From Rhina ancylostomus (taxonomy: Eukaryota), in NCBI GenBank assembly GCA_030265395.1, contig JARFYF010000084.1, positions 82,422,254 to 82,486,253 on the forward strand: 64,000 bases of DNA. The letters are read 5' to 3'. Both the position numbers and the translations under genes were made by a program. The notes under the pieces were generated by a model. The model was not told the DNA's origin and did no database searches. It was given only the letters and a program-made list of their open reading frames with translations. Shown piece by piece: positions 10,758-23,352 of the stretch (positions are counted from its first letter, which is position 1; each line of letters starts with the position of its first letter).

Positions 10758-10986
10758 AGTACTGAAGAGGTGCTGCACTGTCAGAAGTTAAACCAAAGAT
10801 CAATCTGCTTCTAAGGTGGACCTAAAATGGCACTCCTCAAAGAACAGGAGAGCTCTTCCAGTGTCCTGAATAACATATTAGTTTGAAACGATGGATTTTT
10901 TGTCTTTATGACAAAAGATAGCTGTTGTGATTTCTATGTTTGTGATTATTAGGAATGTAGCACTTCCTAAGCTCATGAAAGACTAC
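10758..10986 (+). mobile_element. Decayed Deu-domain SINE fragment
   Basis: GTACTGAAGAGGTGCTGCACTGTCAGA…GTTAAACCAAAG…GGTGGACCTAAAATGGCACT…GTGTCCTG. Confidence 0.65.
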
Positions 10987-11129
10987 AATTATTTTACAGT
11001 TATTTTGTGCTGTGTATAAGGTGAAACTCTATTTCAGAGAGAGTTATGTCAGGTAAATTATCAGTTAAATAAAGAAGGAAAGACACTTTACTAAATGTGA
11101 CTTCTGTATTGATTTTCTTGACTGTTGTC

Positions 11130-13275
11130 TTTGGTCAGATCGGTGCAACTCTGTGTCCTCAATGTGATTTAGGGAGGGGGTCCAGATTTACTTTTAGGAG
11201 ATGAAGCTGGACGTGTGGAAGGAGTATCTGTAGGAGAACATTGTTATGGTAGTGATCACAATTCAGGTCAATTTAGCATAGTTATGGAAAAGGGCAAGCA
11301 TGACTAATGAATCTTGGGGTAAGGCCGTTTTTTGTAAGTTGAAAACAGTTTAGCAAAAGTGGATGGAAGCAGGCCTCTGAGCAATCAGAGAGGCATTTAA
11401 GAAGGGGATTCAGGATAAATATGTTCCCACAAAAGGGCATATTTAGCACTTCCAAATCTACAGTACCCTTCGTAACAAGGGTAGGATACGGCCAAACACA
11501 AACTTTTGTCAGAAAATGAGAGCTTTATACAGTTGAAAAGTTTAGAACATTTAGGAGAAAAATGAAAAGGAAAATTAGGAAAATAAAGAGAGGGTGTGAA
11601 GCAAAATATTGTCTGGAAAATATACTTTAAAAATCCAAAGATGCTCTATAAGTATATAAAGAGAATAAGGAAAAAAGTAGGGATTATTAGGGACCAAAAA
11701 GGTAACTTGACTGGAGGTGGATGATATGGATAAAGTTTTTGAAAAATATTTTGTGACTGTCTTTGTATCAGATGATATGGTTATGGTGAATAAATGTGAA
11801 ATACTATAGAGGAAGAATCAAGGGATTTATCATTACTGAGAATAGATAAATCACAAACCCATACAACGTGCATCCTATGCTGTTAAAAGTAGTAAGAAAG
11901 AAATTTTGGGGCTCTAATAAAAATATTTCAACCCTCTGGTGTTAGAGGGTGGGAGCACTGTTATTGTAGTAGCATTGTTTAAAAAGGGAGGAGCGAGTAA
12001 ATGAGTAATTGAAGGCCATTTAATTTAACTTGGAATGGTTGGCAAATTATTGGAATCCATCTTAAGCAGCAGTACAAAACTTCTTTCAATCAGATTAATC
12101 AGTGACAGTTGGTATGGATTTGCTAAGGGAAGGTTCTTACTGTATACTCTAAATGAATTATTTGAGAAGGTATCAAGAAAGGCTCTTGATGGCAACGCAT
12201 ATGTAGTCTACATGGGTTTTAGCAAGAGTTTTGATACGGTTTGGCATGATGGGTTGGTAAAGTAAGGTAAAAGGCCATGGGATTTAAGAGGGTGGTGTGG
12301 CATTTTGGATGCCAGTGACAGGAATCAAAGGGCGATAGTTGATTGGTGTATTTGTGATTGGAAAGCTGTTAACACTGGGATTCCATAAGGCTCAGTACTC
12401 AGTCCCTTGGTTTTTGTAAGATATTTATTAATGATTTAGATCTAAGTATAGGGAACATGATAAATAAGTCTACAGATGATGCAATGATTGATGATGTGGT
12501 TAATGGTGGAAATGTTTAGATTACAGAAAATATGGATGGTCTGTCAGTTGGGCAGAAAAACAGCAAATGTAATTTAATCCAGAGAAATGTGAGGTGATGC
12601 CAATTGGGAAGGTGTAACATTACAATGGGTCATGTAATAAAGTGAGAGGATATTGACCGATGTGGAGGAGCAGTGGGATCTCGAAATGGATGACCACAAA
12701 TCCTTTAGCTAAAGATAGCAGGACAATTCAATAAAGTGTTTAAAAAGACAGGATATTTTCCTTTATAATCCAAGGCATAGAATATAAGAGCAGGGAAGTT
12801 ATGCTAGAACTGTATATAATACCAGTTAAGCCACAGCTTCAGTACTGCATTCGGTTCTGGCTACCACATCACATGGAGAAGCACAGGAGAGATTAACGAG
12901 AATGATGCCAAGACTGGAAAAGTTTAGCCGTGGAAAAAGTTTAGCTCCTTTAAAACAGAGGTGGCTGAGGAGAGTCATAATTGAGGAGCCTAGATGGGAC
13001 AAATATGGATAAAATATTTCCCTGAGCAGAGGGGTCAAACACCAACAGGCATTCATTTGTAGTACTAGATTAAAGGATTAGAGGGGAGATGAGGAAACTT
13101 TTTTTCATCCATAGGGTACACTTTCATCACATTTAAACGGTATTTGGTTATGTAATTGAAGAACTGTGAATTGTTTGGTCATGTACTTAGTGTAGGAAGG
13201 TGGGAATAGCTTGGGGTGCTCCTTATTAATTTGGCACAGAAATGATGGGTTTGAATGGTCTATGTTATAATCATA
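11130..13275 (+). mobile_element. Older, more decayed CR1-clade LINE ORF2 and tail
   Basis: VGKLLESIL…GFAKGR…YVVYMGFSKSFDTVWH; AAGTCTACAGATGAT (KSTDD); CR1-type 3' end. Confidence 0.85.
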
Positions 13276-13459
13276 CTGGAGTGTGAAGAAGGAATTTATT
13301 ATGCTGCATCACACCGCAACCCCCCCCACCCCCCCAACCCAAATCCTACATTTGTACCTNNNNNNNNNNNNNNNNNNNNNNNNNNNNNNNNNNNNNNNNN
13401 NNNNNNNNNNNNNNNNNNNNNNNNNNNNNNNNNNNNNNNNNNNNNNNNNNNNNNNNNNN

Positions 13460-13627
<168 letters not shown>

Positions 13628-14424
13628 TAAAACATGATGCCTTCTTATTTTCATGTTGTAGTCTACCACAAGCTTTGGAGGTGTGCTCAAAGCTAAGGTT
13701 TTATGTGTGTGTGTATGAAACAGTTTGATATATTGCTGGATTACCAAGGTTGAGGAGGTGCGGCATCATAGGTCGTTGGGTAGAAGAAAGGGTGTTCTTT
13801 CCTTGAGCCCTTGCAGTCCTTCTGATAGTTTAGTTGTGCCATGCAATGTGTTTTCCGGTAGAGGAAGCCTCTTCCTGACCACTGCTGCATGATTATTGAT
13901 TGATGAGAGGTACAACTGAGCACACTTGATGAGTAACTCCTTACTGCAGGCAATCATGAGTCTGAACCCTGGCAGTAAAACTGTGAAGAGTTATAGTATG
14001 TTCACCCCTAGAAAATACACTCTCCACAAAGAAGGACTTCATTAGTTTGAGTACACAAACTGCTCAGTCTACTCAATCATGTAACAGCAGCTAAGGAGCA
14101 GAGTCCATTGCAACCTAACATTACTCAAACATTAAAGCAATTACACTCAAGGTTTCCTATAGTATGTCATATGCTTGTGTATAAGGGTATGCCTGGGAAG
14201 ACTGAGATTTATAGCAGGATATTTGTGCTTTCTGTATTACTAAATATTTTGATACATGAGCTCCATTCAATGTCATCAGTAATTTAACTGGGACAATAGC
14301 CTTTGTTTTTATAGGATGCTTGGGCTGTGTGTAAGATAAAATAGGTACAGTTAGAGTCCAACAGAATAATTTTCCCTCCTCGTGGACACAAGCTATGTGA
14401 CAGTGGAATGCTCCTTTGCTATCA

Positions 14425-14556
14425 TCCACCCCAATAGACTGTCAGGTTAGGAGGGCACACATCTTCCACCCTCACCCTAAACACTGGTGTTCCCCAGGGG
14501 TGTGTGCTGAGTCCCTTCCTGTATGCCCTCTTTACCCATGACTGTTCATCCGTCCA
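14425..14556 (+). mobile_element. Rex1/Babar-clade LINE RT fragment
   Basis: TVRLGGHTSSTLTLNTGVPQGCVLSPFLYALFTHDC, running into a gap. Confidence 0.85.
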
Positions 14557-14656
14557 NNNNNNNNNNNNNNNNNNNNNNNNNNNNNNNNNNNNNNNNNNNN
14601 NNNNNNNNNNNNNNNNNNNNNNNNNNNNNNNNNNNNNNNNNNNNNNNNNNNNNNNN

Positions 14657-14957
14657 ACCAATGCTCAATACAAGAGGGCATGGCTTTAAAGTAATGGGTG
14701 GGAAGTTCAAGGGAGATATCAGAGAGAGGTTTTCACCCAGAGAGTGTTTGGTGCATGGAATGCACTGCCTGGGGAAGTGGGGAAGTGGTGGAGGCAGGTA
14801 GATTGGTCATGTTCAAGAGATTGTTGGACAAGCATATGGAGGAATTTAAAATAGGGGGATATGTGGGAGGAAAGGGTTAGATAGTCTTAAGCATGGATTA
14901 AAGGTTGGCACAACATGGTGGGCCGAAGGGCCTGTATTGTGCTGTATTGTTCTATAA
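14657..14957 (+). mobile_element. CR1 LINE 3' end
   Basis: NTRGHGFKVMGGKFKGDIRERF; tail GGGCCGAAGGGCCTGTATTGTGCTGTATTGTTCTAT. Confidence 0.88.
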
Positions 14958-15651
14958 CATTGGTAGTGTGTCTGAAGTCTCACTTCTGAATATCAACTGG
15001 TCCTTCCATTAAGGATTCATGAGAATTTATCTTGGGTTCTCTGTTGCAATTTCCTCCAGTTTAGTGTTCTCTAATAAAACCCATTTCTAGCGTATTTTGG
15101 GAATTCTGACTAGACTCATCATTTCCCCAAATTTCCCCTCATTTGAATAAATAATTGACTTTGCCCAGGTTTAACTTGAATTTCCTGATGCTGTCAAACT
15201 CAATGTGTCTAATATCCATCTACAAATGACGAAGGCATTGTAGCTATGTGTCCCCTTCCAATGTTGCTATCTTTGGATCCTCTGATTCTGCTACTGGCTT
15301 TTCACATCTTGTGCAGTGGTCTTGCACAGTCAGCTGTAGTTTCACTTAAAAGTGTTTTAACACTACAGGTTTAGGGTTTGATCCTTTAAGGTTTTGTGAG
15401 TTGTGTCAGCAGAAAAATCGCAATTAGTTACAGTCTTACAGGGTTCATTGCCACATTATCTTCAACTGTGAAATTTTAATCTCTATTTTCATGTCAATTT
15501 AGGCTTTGGTGTGACAATGCAAAGTTCCTTTGACCCCTTGTTTGATTAAAATTGGACACCTGCAAATTCCTGGTATTCACTACCTTTTCTTGGTATTTTA
15601 ATCTGTGGTGCCCTTTTGAGAAAACTCAAGAAGAGGTATTTCTGTAGCAGA

Positions 15652-15785
15652 AAACAAAAAAAAACTGCAGATGCTGGAAATCCAAAATAAAAACAGAAAA
15701 TGCTGGAATCAATCAGCAGGCCAGCCAGCATCTGTAGAAAGAAACAGACTTGTATTCCAGGCAGAAGATTCTTTGTAAGAACTGA
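15652..15785 (-). mobile_element. Penelope-associated short repeat, ribozyme core decayed
   Basis: ACTGCAGATGCTGGAAATCCAAAATAAAAACAGAAAATGCTGGAATCAATCAGCAGGCCAGCCAGCATCTGTAGAAAGAAACAG. The core reads CTTACAA…GGAA on the minus strand. Confidence 0.75.
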
Positions 15786-18689
15786 GAGAGAAGATGTTAG
15801 TTTTTTCTTGCCATGGTGCTATTTAATGATTTATGCTGCTATATTGATATGCTGCTGATTATCATTACTATTATTATGGTTCATTTGCACACTGCCTCTT
15901 ATTTTTTTATACCTTATATTTGTGTAAGTATATTTGTTTTATTTTATAGTCATAATTGCTCTTATCAATTTACTGTTCTGGTTTTTATTAGGCAAGGGAG
16001 TGCCATCTTAATTTTGTTATGTTGTTGTCCTGCAACAGTACAATGACAAATAAAGAAATCTAAATCTAATAACCCATTATTTACTTCAAAGGCAATTCTC
16101 CCCTCATGCTGCTCTTTTTACATGGGTTGTAGGATGTGTAGACACAATGCAATGCTGGTGGCTTTTATTTGCAAATTAACTGTATGGCATCCTCCTTTCA
16201 AAAATTGATGAACTTCATTGTACCTACGGATTTGTATTATTTTGGGGGCCAAGAAATGCCAGTTGTTTGTTACTTCTGATATTGACTAATTCACTTTGCT
16301 CACACAGCCACTGTGGCAGTTTCTTATCACTGATTCTCTGGGTGAGAAAAGGAATCAGTCTCCTGAAGGGGTAAACTTTGAAATGATGTGATGGTGTGAA
16401 ACAGGGTACAGCAAATTGTCAGGGACACTTTATGATCCCTTCACGAACCTCAATGGAAGCAAAAATAGGGAGAGGTGAAAAACAGACTGGTGATTTGCCA
16501 TCATTTGCTTTACACATATCATACAAAGTGTCTGACAGATTCAGAATTGAAATACAAGTGTGAAATGACAACGTCTTTGAATAGTATTTCATTGGTTATG
16601 TTAATGTCAAATATCGAGAAGATGTCTTACAAACAAATTAGTTTGTTGAAAGTGTTAGACCTGTAATGAATCATGCAAATTTTGAATGCATGTATTTATG
16701 TGTTTTCATTGCTTTTGAATCTTCAGCCTACAATGAGATTGACCTTGCCTTAGCTTCATTATGGTGAAGGGCCTTTCTTAAGTAATTGAGCAGCTGAAAC
16801 AATGGTTCATTGTCAGACTTCATTATTCCCCTTGTTTATTTTCTCAAAGTGTAGTGCCTGCTTTAGTTCCACAAGACTCTTAAAGAAAGCCCCTCAACCA
16901 GTACTTGCTGTAACCATCGTAGTTACTCCATCTTTGAACAGCTTCCTTTGAGCACAGCACAGATTGGATCCGGAGCTAAATATTTCTGCAACTAAAGATA
17001 TTCTTTCCACATTTCTCAAGGATCTTGCCAATAGCTGCAGGATAAATGTTGATCAAAATGTCTCTCCTTGGAGTACTGATAGGATTTCAGGTCCATAAAA
17101 GCAGAGTTTACTCACTGACCCAGTCCATCAGATTTGCGTGTTAGTGGACAGCATGGGGTTGTTGTGATGGATCTTCAGAATCATGGTCAGTAGCCTGGAT
17201 TTCCACCACCCCTGTCAAGTGATAATGGTACATTCGGGTCATCCTGATCACCTTTATCATGTCAATATACTGGGTGGAAGTACCCCTGGTGATTTCTTGT
17301 CATGCATTCCTGCACTCACTACTCTGCAGCCTCAACACCACTCCCTCCCCCAAATTTCCTCTGGCAAATGGACAATAAAGATTTCTAATTAGATGATTAT
17401 GGCTATTAGTCATCCATTTCTTTAACAATTACAGTACTTTTACAAGTAATGGAAGTGTTGAAAATACCCCTATAGTTTCTCTCCTAAGGTTGCTCCTGAC
17501 ACTCTATTGAATTCTTAGGCACTGAGTGATGACAAATGGTCCTTCATTGGATACTGTAATGGGGCTAAAGCTAATTTACTGTATGGCTCACTGGGTTGGG
17601 TTAGTAAATTTGCCTGCAGTCAGAGAAAATGGACAATTTTCCTCTTGACTCATTCATCAAAAATAGTGCTACGTGTGAGCACAGTGCCAGCACAGGAATG
17701 TGAAGGGCATACCGTGCCCATGGCTATTGCTGCCTGAGTTGTCCATAAGGTCCCCAGCAATACAAGTAATTTTTCCAATCCAAGGGTTGGTGTGCTGAAT
17801 CCTTGCCCCAGAGTGGTATGATTGGTGTTTGTAACATGGAGTTGGGCACTCTTCGCCTCTCTAAAGTTTGGTTTATCTGAAAAGTTTTGACCCCCCCCCT
17901 GCTGTGTATCCCATAACAGATTAATGGGTGGTATATTTACCATTCAATTTGCGATACAGTTTTTGTCTGCTGGGCATTCTACTGAAAACCGATTATGGAT
18001 CCAAGAATTAAATATATGCATATGTATGTGTAAGCATGTACTAGGGCAAGTAGGTTTTGATGAGTGTGTGTTTGGGTGGGGTTAGATGGGTGTGTATTTG
18101 CGAGAGAATGGGGAGGTAAAACCAGGTGAGTGTATGAATGGGTGTCCAGATGAATATTTGAGAGTCCAGCTGTCCTTATGTTGTTTGAATGGGTCTCAAT
18201 AGATGTATGAGTCCAGTGCAAGTGTGTTCACACACTCTTTGGATGTGAGAATTCTGATATATGTGTCACATCTCCTTCGACCATCTGCCTGCCAACCATA
18301 TAGTCATTTTTTAAATCTAATACCTTTATAACCAATAAGCAAAAATATTTGATAAATAAAACTGAAGTGGACTTCTCTTTAATGCTCCCTGATTTTTCTT
18401 CTACATTTCCATACAGCAGTGTCCAGGAGATCACCTTTAATTTCTGGAGACTCCAGGGAAATCCTGGATGTCGGCTGTGTAGGGAAAGTCAGGCTGACCC
18501 AGTATCATATCATGTTTAAGGCATTATCAACTTGGACGCCTTGACCAAGAATGCATGATTTCATCTGCTGACCAATTCCTCACATCCACTCACTCCCCAT
18601 CACACATTTCTCTGTGCCTATCAACCTTCACTGAATCATCTCAACTGAAAGATTTTCAACCTCAAATCAGTCCTTGGCCCAATCTCTTC

Positions 18690-18945
18690 ACAGCCTAACC
18701 TTCCCAAGTACTGTAAACTTCTCCAGCTCTACAATCTTCTGAGAACATTGCATTTCTCCAATTCTGATATCCTTTGTAGACATGACTTCAGCAACCCTGT
18801 GCCCTAACCTCTGGAATTCCTTTCTTAGACTTCTCTGCCTCTTTCCCATACTTCAAGTTGATTTCTTTGACCAAAATTTTGCATACTTGAGGTCCAGTGT
18901 CACATTTTGTTTGATGACATTCCTGTGAAGCATTTTGGATTTTTT
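18690..18945 (+). mobile_element. L2-clade LINE 3' end
   Basis: CTCCAGCTCTACAATC…CTCCAATTCTG…CCCTAACCTCTGGAATTCC…CTTTGACCAA…CCTGTGAAGCATTTTGG. Confidence 0.7.
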
Positions 18946-18949
18946 TCCC

Positions 18950-20275
18950 CATTTTATTCATTCAGTGGATGCGTTTGTTGCATTCATTGCCTATCCATAA
19001 TTGCCTTTGGATGGTGACTAAGTTTATTGCAATACCACATTCCACATGGTGAAAGGTACTCCAACACTACTGGTAAGTAGGGTGCTCTGGGAATTTCACC
19101 CCAGCACTGATGACTTATGTCTAAGACAGGATGGTTATGGAATTGGAAGTGGTGATATTTGTGGTGCCAAATGATCTTTGAAGTATTCAGAGCTTTGGGA
19201 GGTGCTATCACAGAAGACATTGCCAGTTTCTGCAATGCATTTTGTAGACACTACAAAACTTCAGTGAGTTAGTGACAGAGGGACTGAATAGATTGGAATC
19301 AAGTGAGTTTCTTTTACTTGCATGATGTCTTGGCTCATGAATGTTATTGGAGGAGCACTCATCCAGTCATGGTGAGAGTAATGCATTGGATTCCTGAAAA
19401 ATGCCTTGTTGATGCCAGAATTGCTTTAGAGAATCAGGGGAAGAGTTTTTTACCACAAAGTAACACTTTGTTTTTGATGCTGTCTAATAAATAGATAAAT
19501 GGGAACAGTTTNNNNNNNNNNNNNNNNNNNNNNNNNNNNNNNNNNNNNNNNNNNNNNNNNNNNNNNNNNNNNNNNNNNNNNNNNNNNNNNNNNNNNNNNN
19601 NNNNNNNNNNNGTAACACTATCCAAGCAGCTCTTAAAGTAGCTGGTAATGGTAACCCTCCTAAAATGTTGATGATCAATTATGGAAATGCCATTGAATGT
19701 TGAAGGTTAGGTACTCTCTCACCAGGGATATTCTTAACCTGGCCCTTTTGTAGTATAAATGTCATCTGTCACTTAACAGTCCATAAATGAATGTCCTCTG
19801 GGGCTTGCCATATATGAGCTCAGACTGCTCCATTTTCTGATCATTTTTAAGGCAAACTGAACACTGCAAATATTTCCAATTCTGAATTGAGAATGGAAGG
19901 AAGGTCACATAGAAGCAGGTTGGGACTAAAACATGTCCTGATGATTGGCCTCCAAATATAACAACTGTCCTCCTTTATATTGGGTATGATTCCAACCTAT
20001 GGAGAATTTCCCCTAATGGCTATTGACTTCAATTTCATCCATGCTGCTTAATGCAATATGTGGTCAAATACTGCCTTGACGTCAAGGGCAGTCGATCTCT
20101 TCTGTCCTCAAGAATGTAATTCTTTGGTCCACATTTTGACCCAGGTTATATTGATTTATGCATCCTTGATGGAACCTAGCTGGTGCTTTGATGAACATAC
20201 TATTGGTAAATAAGCATCAAGAATCTCTTCTGTCACTTTGCTGATTGAGATTTGGCTAATGTGGCAGTTAACGGC
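18950..20275 (-). mobile_element. Decayed LINE of a second CR1/L2-group family (further fragments near 35370-35860, 48300-49030, 51330-51480 and 52830-52975)
   Basis: A shared colinear motif string at these loci (…CCATAATTGCCTTTG…GGTACTCCAACACT…CAGGATGG…GGTGCT…TTTTGTAGA…). CTGCCTTGACGTCAAGGGCAG at about 20070 reads ALDVKA on the minus strand (RT motif). Confidence 0.6.
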
Positions 20276-20468
20276 AGATCTGGATTTGTGAACATGGCAA
20301 ATATAAAGGTCTCAGGTGGGAGATTTAGTGGGGATTTGAAGAATTTTTTTGCACCCGGAGGGTGGGGGAGATCTGGATTGCACTGCCTGAGGAGATGATA
20401 GAGGCAGGAACTCAACATTTAAAATGTATTTAAATGAGCACTTGAAATGCTGTGGTAAAGTTGGCTAT

Positions 20469-20786
20469 TGTTGCCTACTAGCAACAAAGGAAACACACCA
20501 ATACATGTATAAGTGTTAAAAACTACTTTATTAATAACTACTTATGATAGTAAGAAAAATAAAAGTAAAAATGTTAGAATGTTAGAAGTAAAAATGTTAA
20601 ACCTCAAAAATTAACCCCAAAAACTAACTAAACTTGTCGTGTGTGTGTGACAAATTCCCAAACTCCACGTCCAGGAATGGTTCTTANNNNNNNNNNNNNN
20701 NNNNNNNNNNNNNNNNNNNNNNNNNNNNNNNNNNNNNNNNNNNNNNNNNNNNNNNNNNNNNNNNNNNNNNNNNNNNNNNNNNNNNN

Positions 20787-20819
<33 letters not shown>

Positions 20820-20855
20820 AAAAGGGACACTCACTAATAGTCCTAGTCCGTAACA
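20469..20855 (-). mobile_element. Solo-LTR-like insertion (TGTT…AACA termini, 4-bp TSD CTAT)
   Basis: CTAT at 20465-20468 and 20856-20859. Starts TGTTG, ends TAACA. TTTATT (AATAAA on minus) near the left end. Contains an N gap and (CA)n. Confidence 0.7.
20787..20816. repeat. (CA)n microsatellite
   Basis: Perfect AC run abutting a gap. Confidence 0.95.
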
Positions 20856-23032
20856 CTATGGACTGAGTACTGGAAAATAGAACTTGTATAGCCAGGTACT
20901 TGATGGCTGGCATGGACACAGTGGGCCAAAGGGCTTGTTTCTGAGCTGTATGATTCTATGACATACCTGGGCTATTTTCTATTTTGTGTTTGTAGCTCTA
21001 CTGAAACTGCTTGTTTAGGAGTATGACAAGTTTAGGAACACAAGTCTGTGGTGAGCTGTTGGTATATGGTTGAGGCCTGTGGACTTCATGTTATCCATTG
21101 TCCTCAATCCAGAGAAGTGTGAAATAATGCATTTGTGGAGGTGCAACTAGGCAAAAGAAGATATGATAAATTGGAGGACAATGAGAAGCCTGGAAGTACA
21201 GAGGGATCTTTAAGGTAGCATGAATGGTCAATAAGATGGATACAAAGACACACGGAATACTTTATTAGCGGAGACATGGAATATTATGACAGGGAGGTAA
21301 TGATAGAACCATGTATACCACCAATTATGCTGCAGGGTGGGGATTGCATTTTGGCTTGTCTGCAGACATTGGTAAGATGAAATGAGTTGTTTTTATTGCG
21401 CTAGCTGTACCTTTGTTGTGTCTGATGCCCAGCTTAATTTTGTATGAACATATGTTACATGTCATTGTTCTCATTTGTGATTTTTGCCTGGATGAGTGGT
21501 TGCCAGGCCATTTCTGGAAGCAACCACATAAGTTTGGAATCACATGTATAGACTAGACCAGGTAAAGGCACAAAATTTTCTCTGTTGAAGGACTTTACTG
21601 AACCAGAAGAGGTCATAAAATAATCTTATTGCTTCAAGGCCACCATAGATACTCATTATTGTTCCAGATTCACTTAAATGACAGAGTTTTAATTCTCAAG
21701 TTGTGGACTTTAAACAAATATCTCTCATTATTTGACCATTATACTATACCATCTTATTGTATGCACTATTCTGTACTTTGTCTCTGCTAGTAAATGGTTT
21801 TTACTGCCCTATTCTCTGGAAGCAGGAATGACAGGAGATTTGGGTTGCTGGGAGATAGGCGCCAGTTTGAGTGGAGATGGTGAGCAATGTTTCATGAATT
21901 AAAGGTGTAAATGGTAACTTTCATTCTCAGAATCTTAACTAGATTCTGCTCAAGTTAGTGGCCAACAGGTTCTGGCAGTATCAAGTAGAAGCCCTCCAGA
22001 AGCTACTCATCCCATGGCACTTGGGATTGAATTGTGACAGTTCTACAAGAAGAAATGCTTTCATTTTTGTTACATCTGTCTGGGCTTCAGGACATTGCAA
22101 GATCCTTTAAAGCCAATGAAGTGTGGTCAATACTTTAATATCATTCTTTATGTTGTCAGCAGAAATAAAATAAAACCACTTCACAACACAAGTGTTGAAT
22201 AATTCTGACCAAAGAGATGTTTTTCATTCACATTTCAAGGAAATTCTGGTAACTGTTGAATCATATCTAGAATCTGTGGGTTTTTCCTACCCACTGAAGT
22301 TCATTTCTTGTTGATTTATTTTTTCCTCTCTATGAACCACTACCAGTGAAAATAATGATTATAACAGGTCTTGCAATGTACTAAATTCTCTTTTCACCAC
22401 AGCATTCCATGTCTCCTTATTTTTCTACATCATTGCCCTTGCACTGCTTCTGAAATTGATTTCCCAACTCACCCACTTAAAATTCCTTTCACGCAGACAG
22501 CTTTGCTGATAAATTCTATTTTTAGAAAGGGCACAAAGTCACAAACTGAGAAGATCTTTCTTTTATCTGAAGAGCCATTAGCCATTCCCATTCCTCCTCT
22601 ACTCAATGCTGTGAGAAAGGTTCATGCCATTTGCAGTGCAATTGATTTGTGCCTCTCACGGTTGCTATCACTAGTTTAACCAACTGTGGAGCTCGAGTCA
22701 ATCAGCAAGCATCCACCAGCACATTCTGGCCATTTATTAAATGAGCATCTGTTTGAGCCTGGAGTTTTCTACTTATGTATTCAGGAACACAGGAGTTATT
22801 CATTCAAGCCCTCAAGTCTGTTCCATCTCTCAGTTTGATTGTGGCTGATCTGTATCTTCACTTATTGGTTCATATCCTTTTAACATGCTTGCTTAACAAT
22901 AATCTATCAGACTTGCAAAAATAGCTTTTTTTTACTGTTGATTTTTCTGGATATCGAAGTATGATTGTGGGATACCCAAATACAAATGCATTCCTGGAGG
23001 ATTTTTTTCACGTTTCCGACTGTTTCACCCAT

Positions 23033-23215
23033 CCACTCAGGCAGCCAGATGAAAGCTCCCATGGCACTATGTTTAATCTGAAACTAATACCACTAAACAC
23101 GTATTGTCTGCTGATTATCACATTGCTGTTTATTGTACCCTGCTGTGAGAATATTAGCTGCTGTGTTCTTTCATTACAACAGAAACTACACTTTTCAACA
23201 TAAAGGTGCTCTGTT
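23033..23215 (+). mobile_element. Deu-domain SINE fragment
   Basis: CTCCCATGGCACTAT…ATTATCACATTGCTGTTT…CATTACAACAGAAACTACACTT. Confidence 0.65.
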
Positions 23216-23279
23216 TTAAAGCACATTCAAATATCCCATGTAATTTATCCTCTGTGCCTTCTTTTCTCATTTTATACTT

Positions 23280-23352
23280 CTTTTCTCTCTCTCCCTCCCT
23301 CTCTCTCCCTCCCCTTCTCTCTCTCTCCCTCCCCTTCTCTCTCTCCTTTTCT
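23280..23352. repeat. CT-rich low-complexity tract
   Basis: Repeated CTCTCTCCCTCCCCTT units. Confidence 0.9.

Larger units (their letters stand above)
20295..20961 (+). mobile_element. CR1 LINE 3' end interrupted by an LTR-like insertion
   Basis: AAAGGTCTCAGGTGGGAGATTTAGTGGGGATTTGAAGAATTTTTTT… resumes at 20860 (GGACTGAGTACTGGAAAATAG…GGGCCAAAGGGCTTGTTTCTGAGCTGTATGATTCTATGAC). Confidence 0.8.

Noticed and set aside
13926-13950. TTGATGA-gtaa-ctcc-ttac-TGCA as a possible extra hammerhead
   Set aside because: It lacks C3 and the GAAA box and is unrelated to the repeat family.
17650-18030. Possible GIY-YIG/Penelope remnant (…GHSTENRLWIQELN)
   Set aside because: Only fragmentary motif resemblance, with no RT or terminal repeat nearby.
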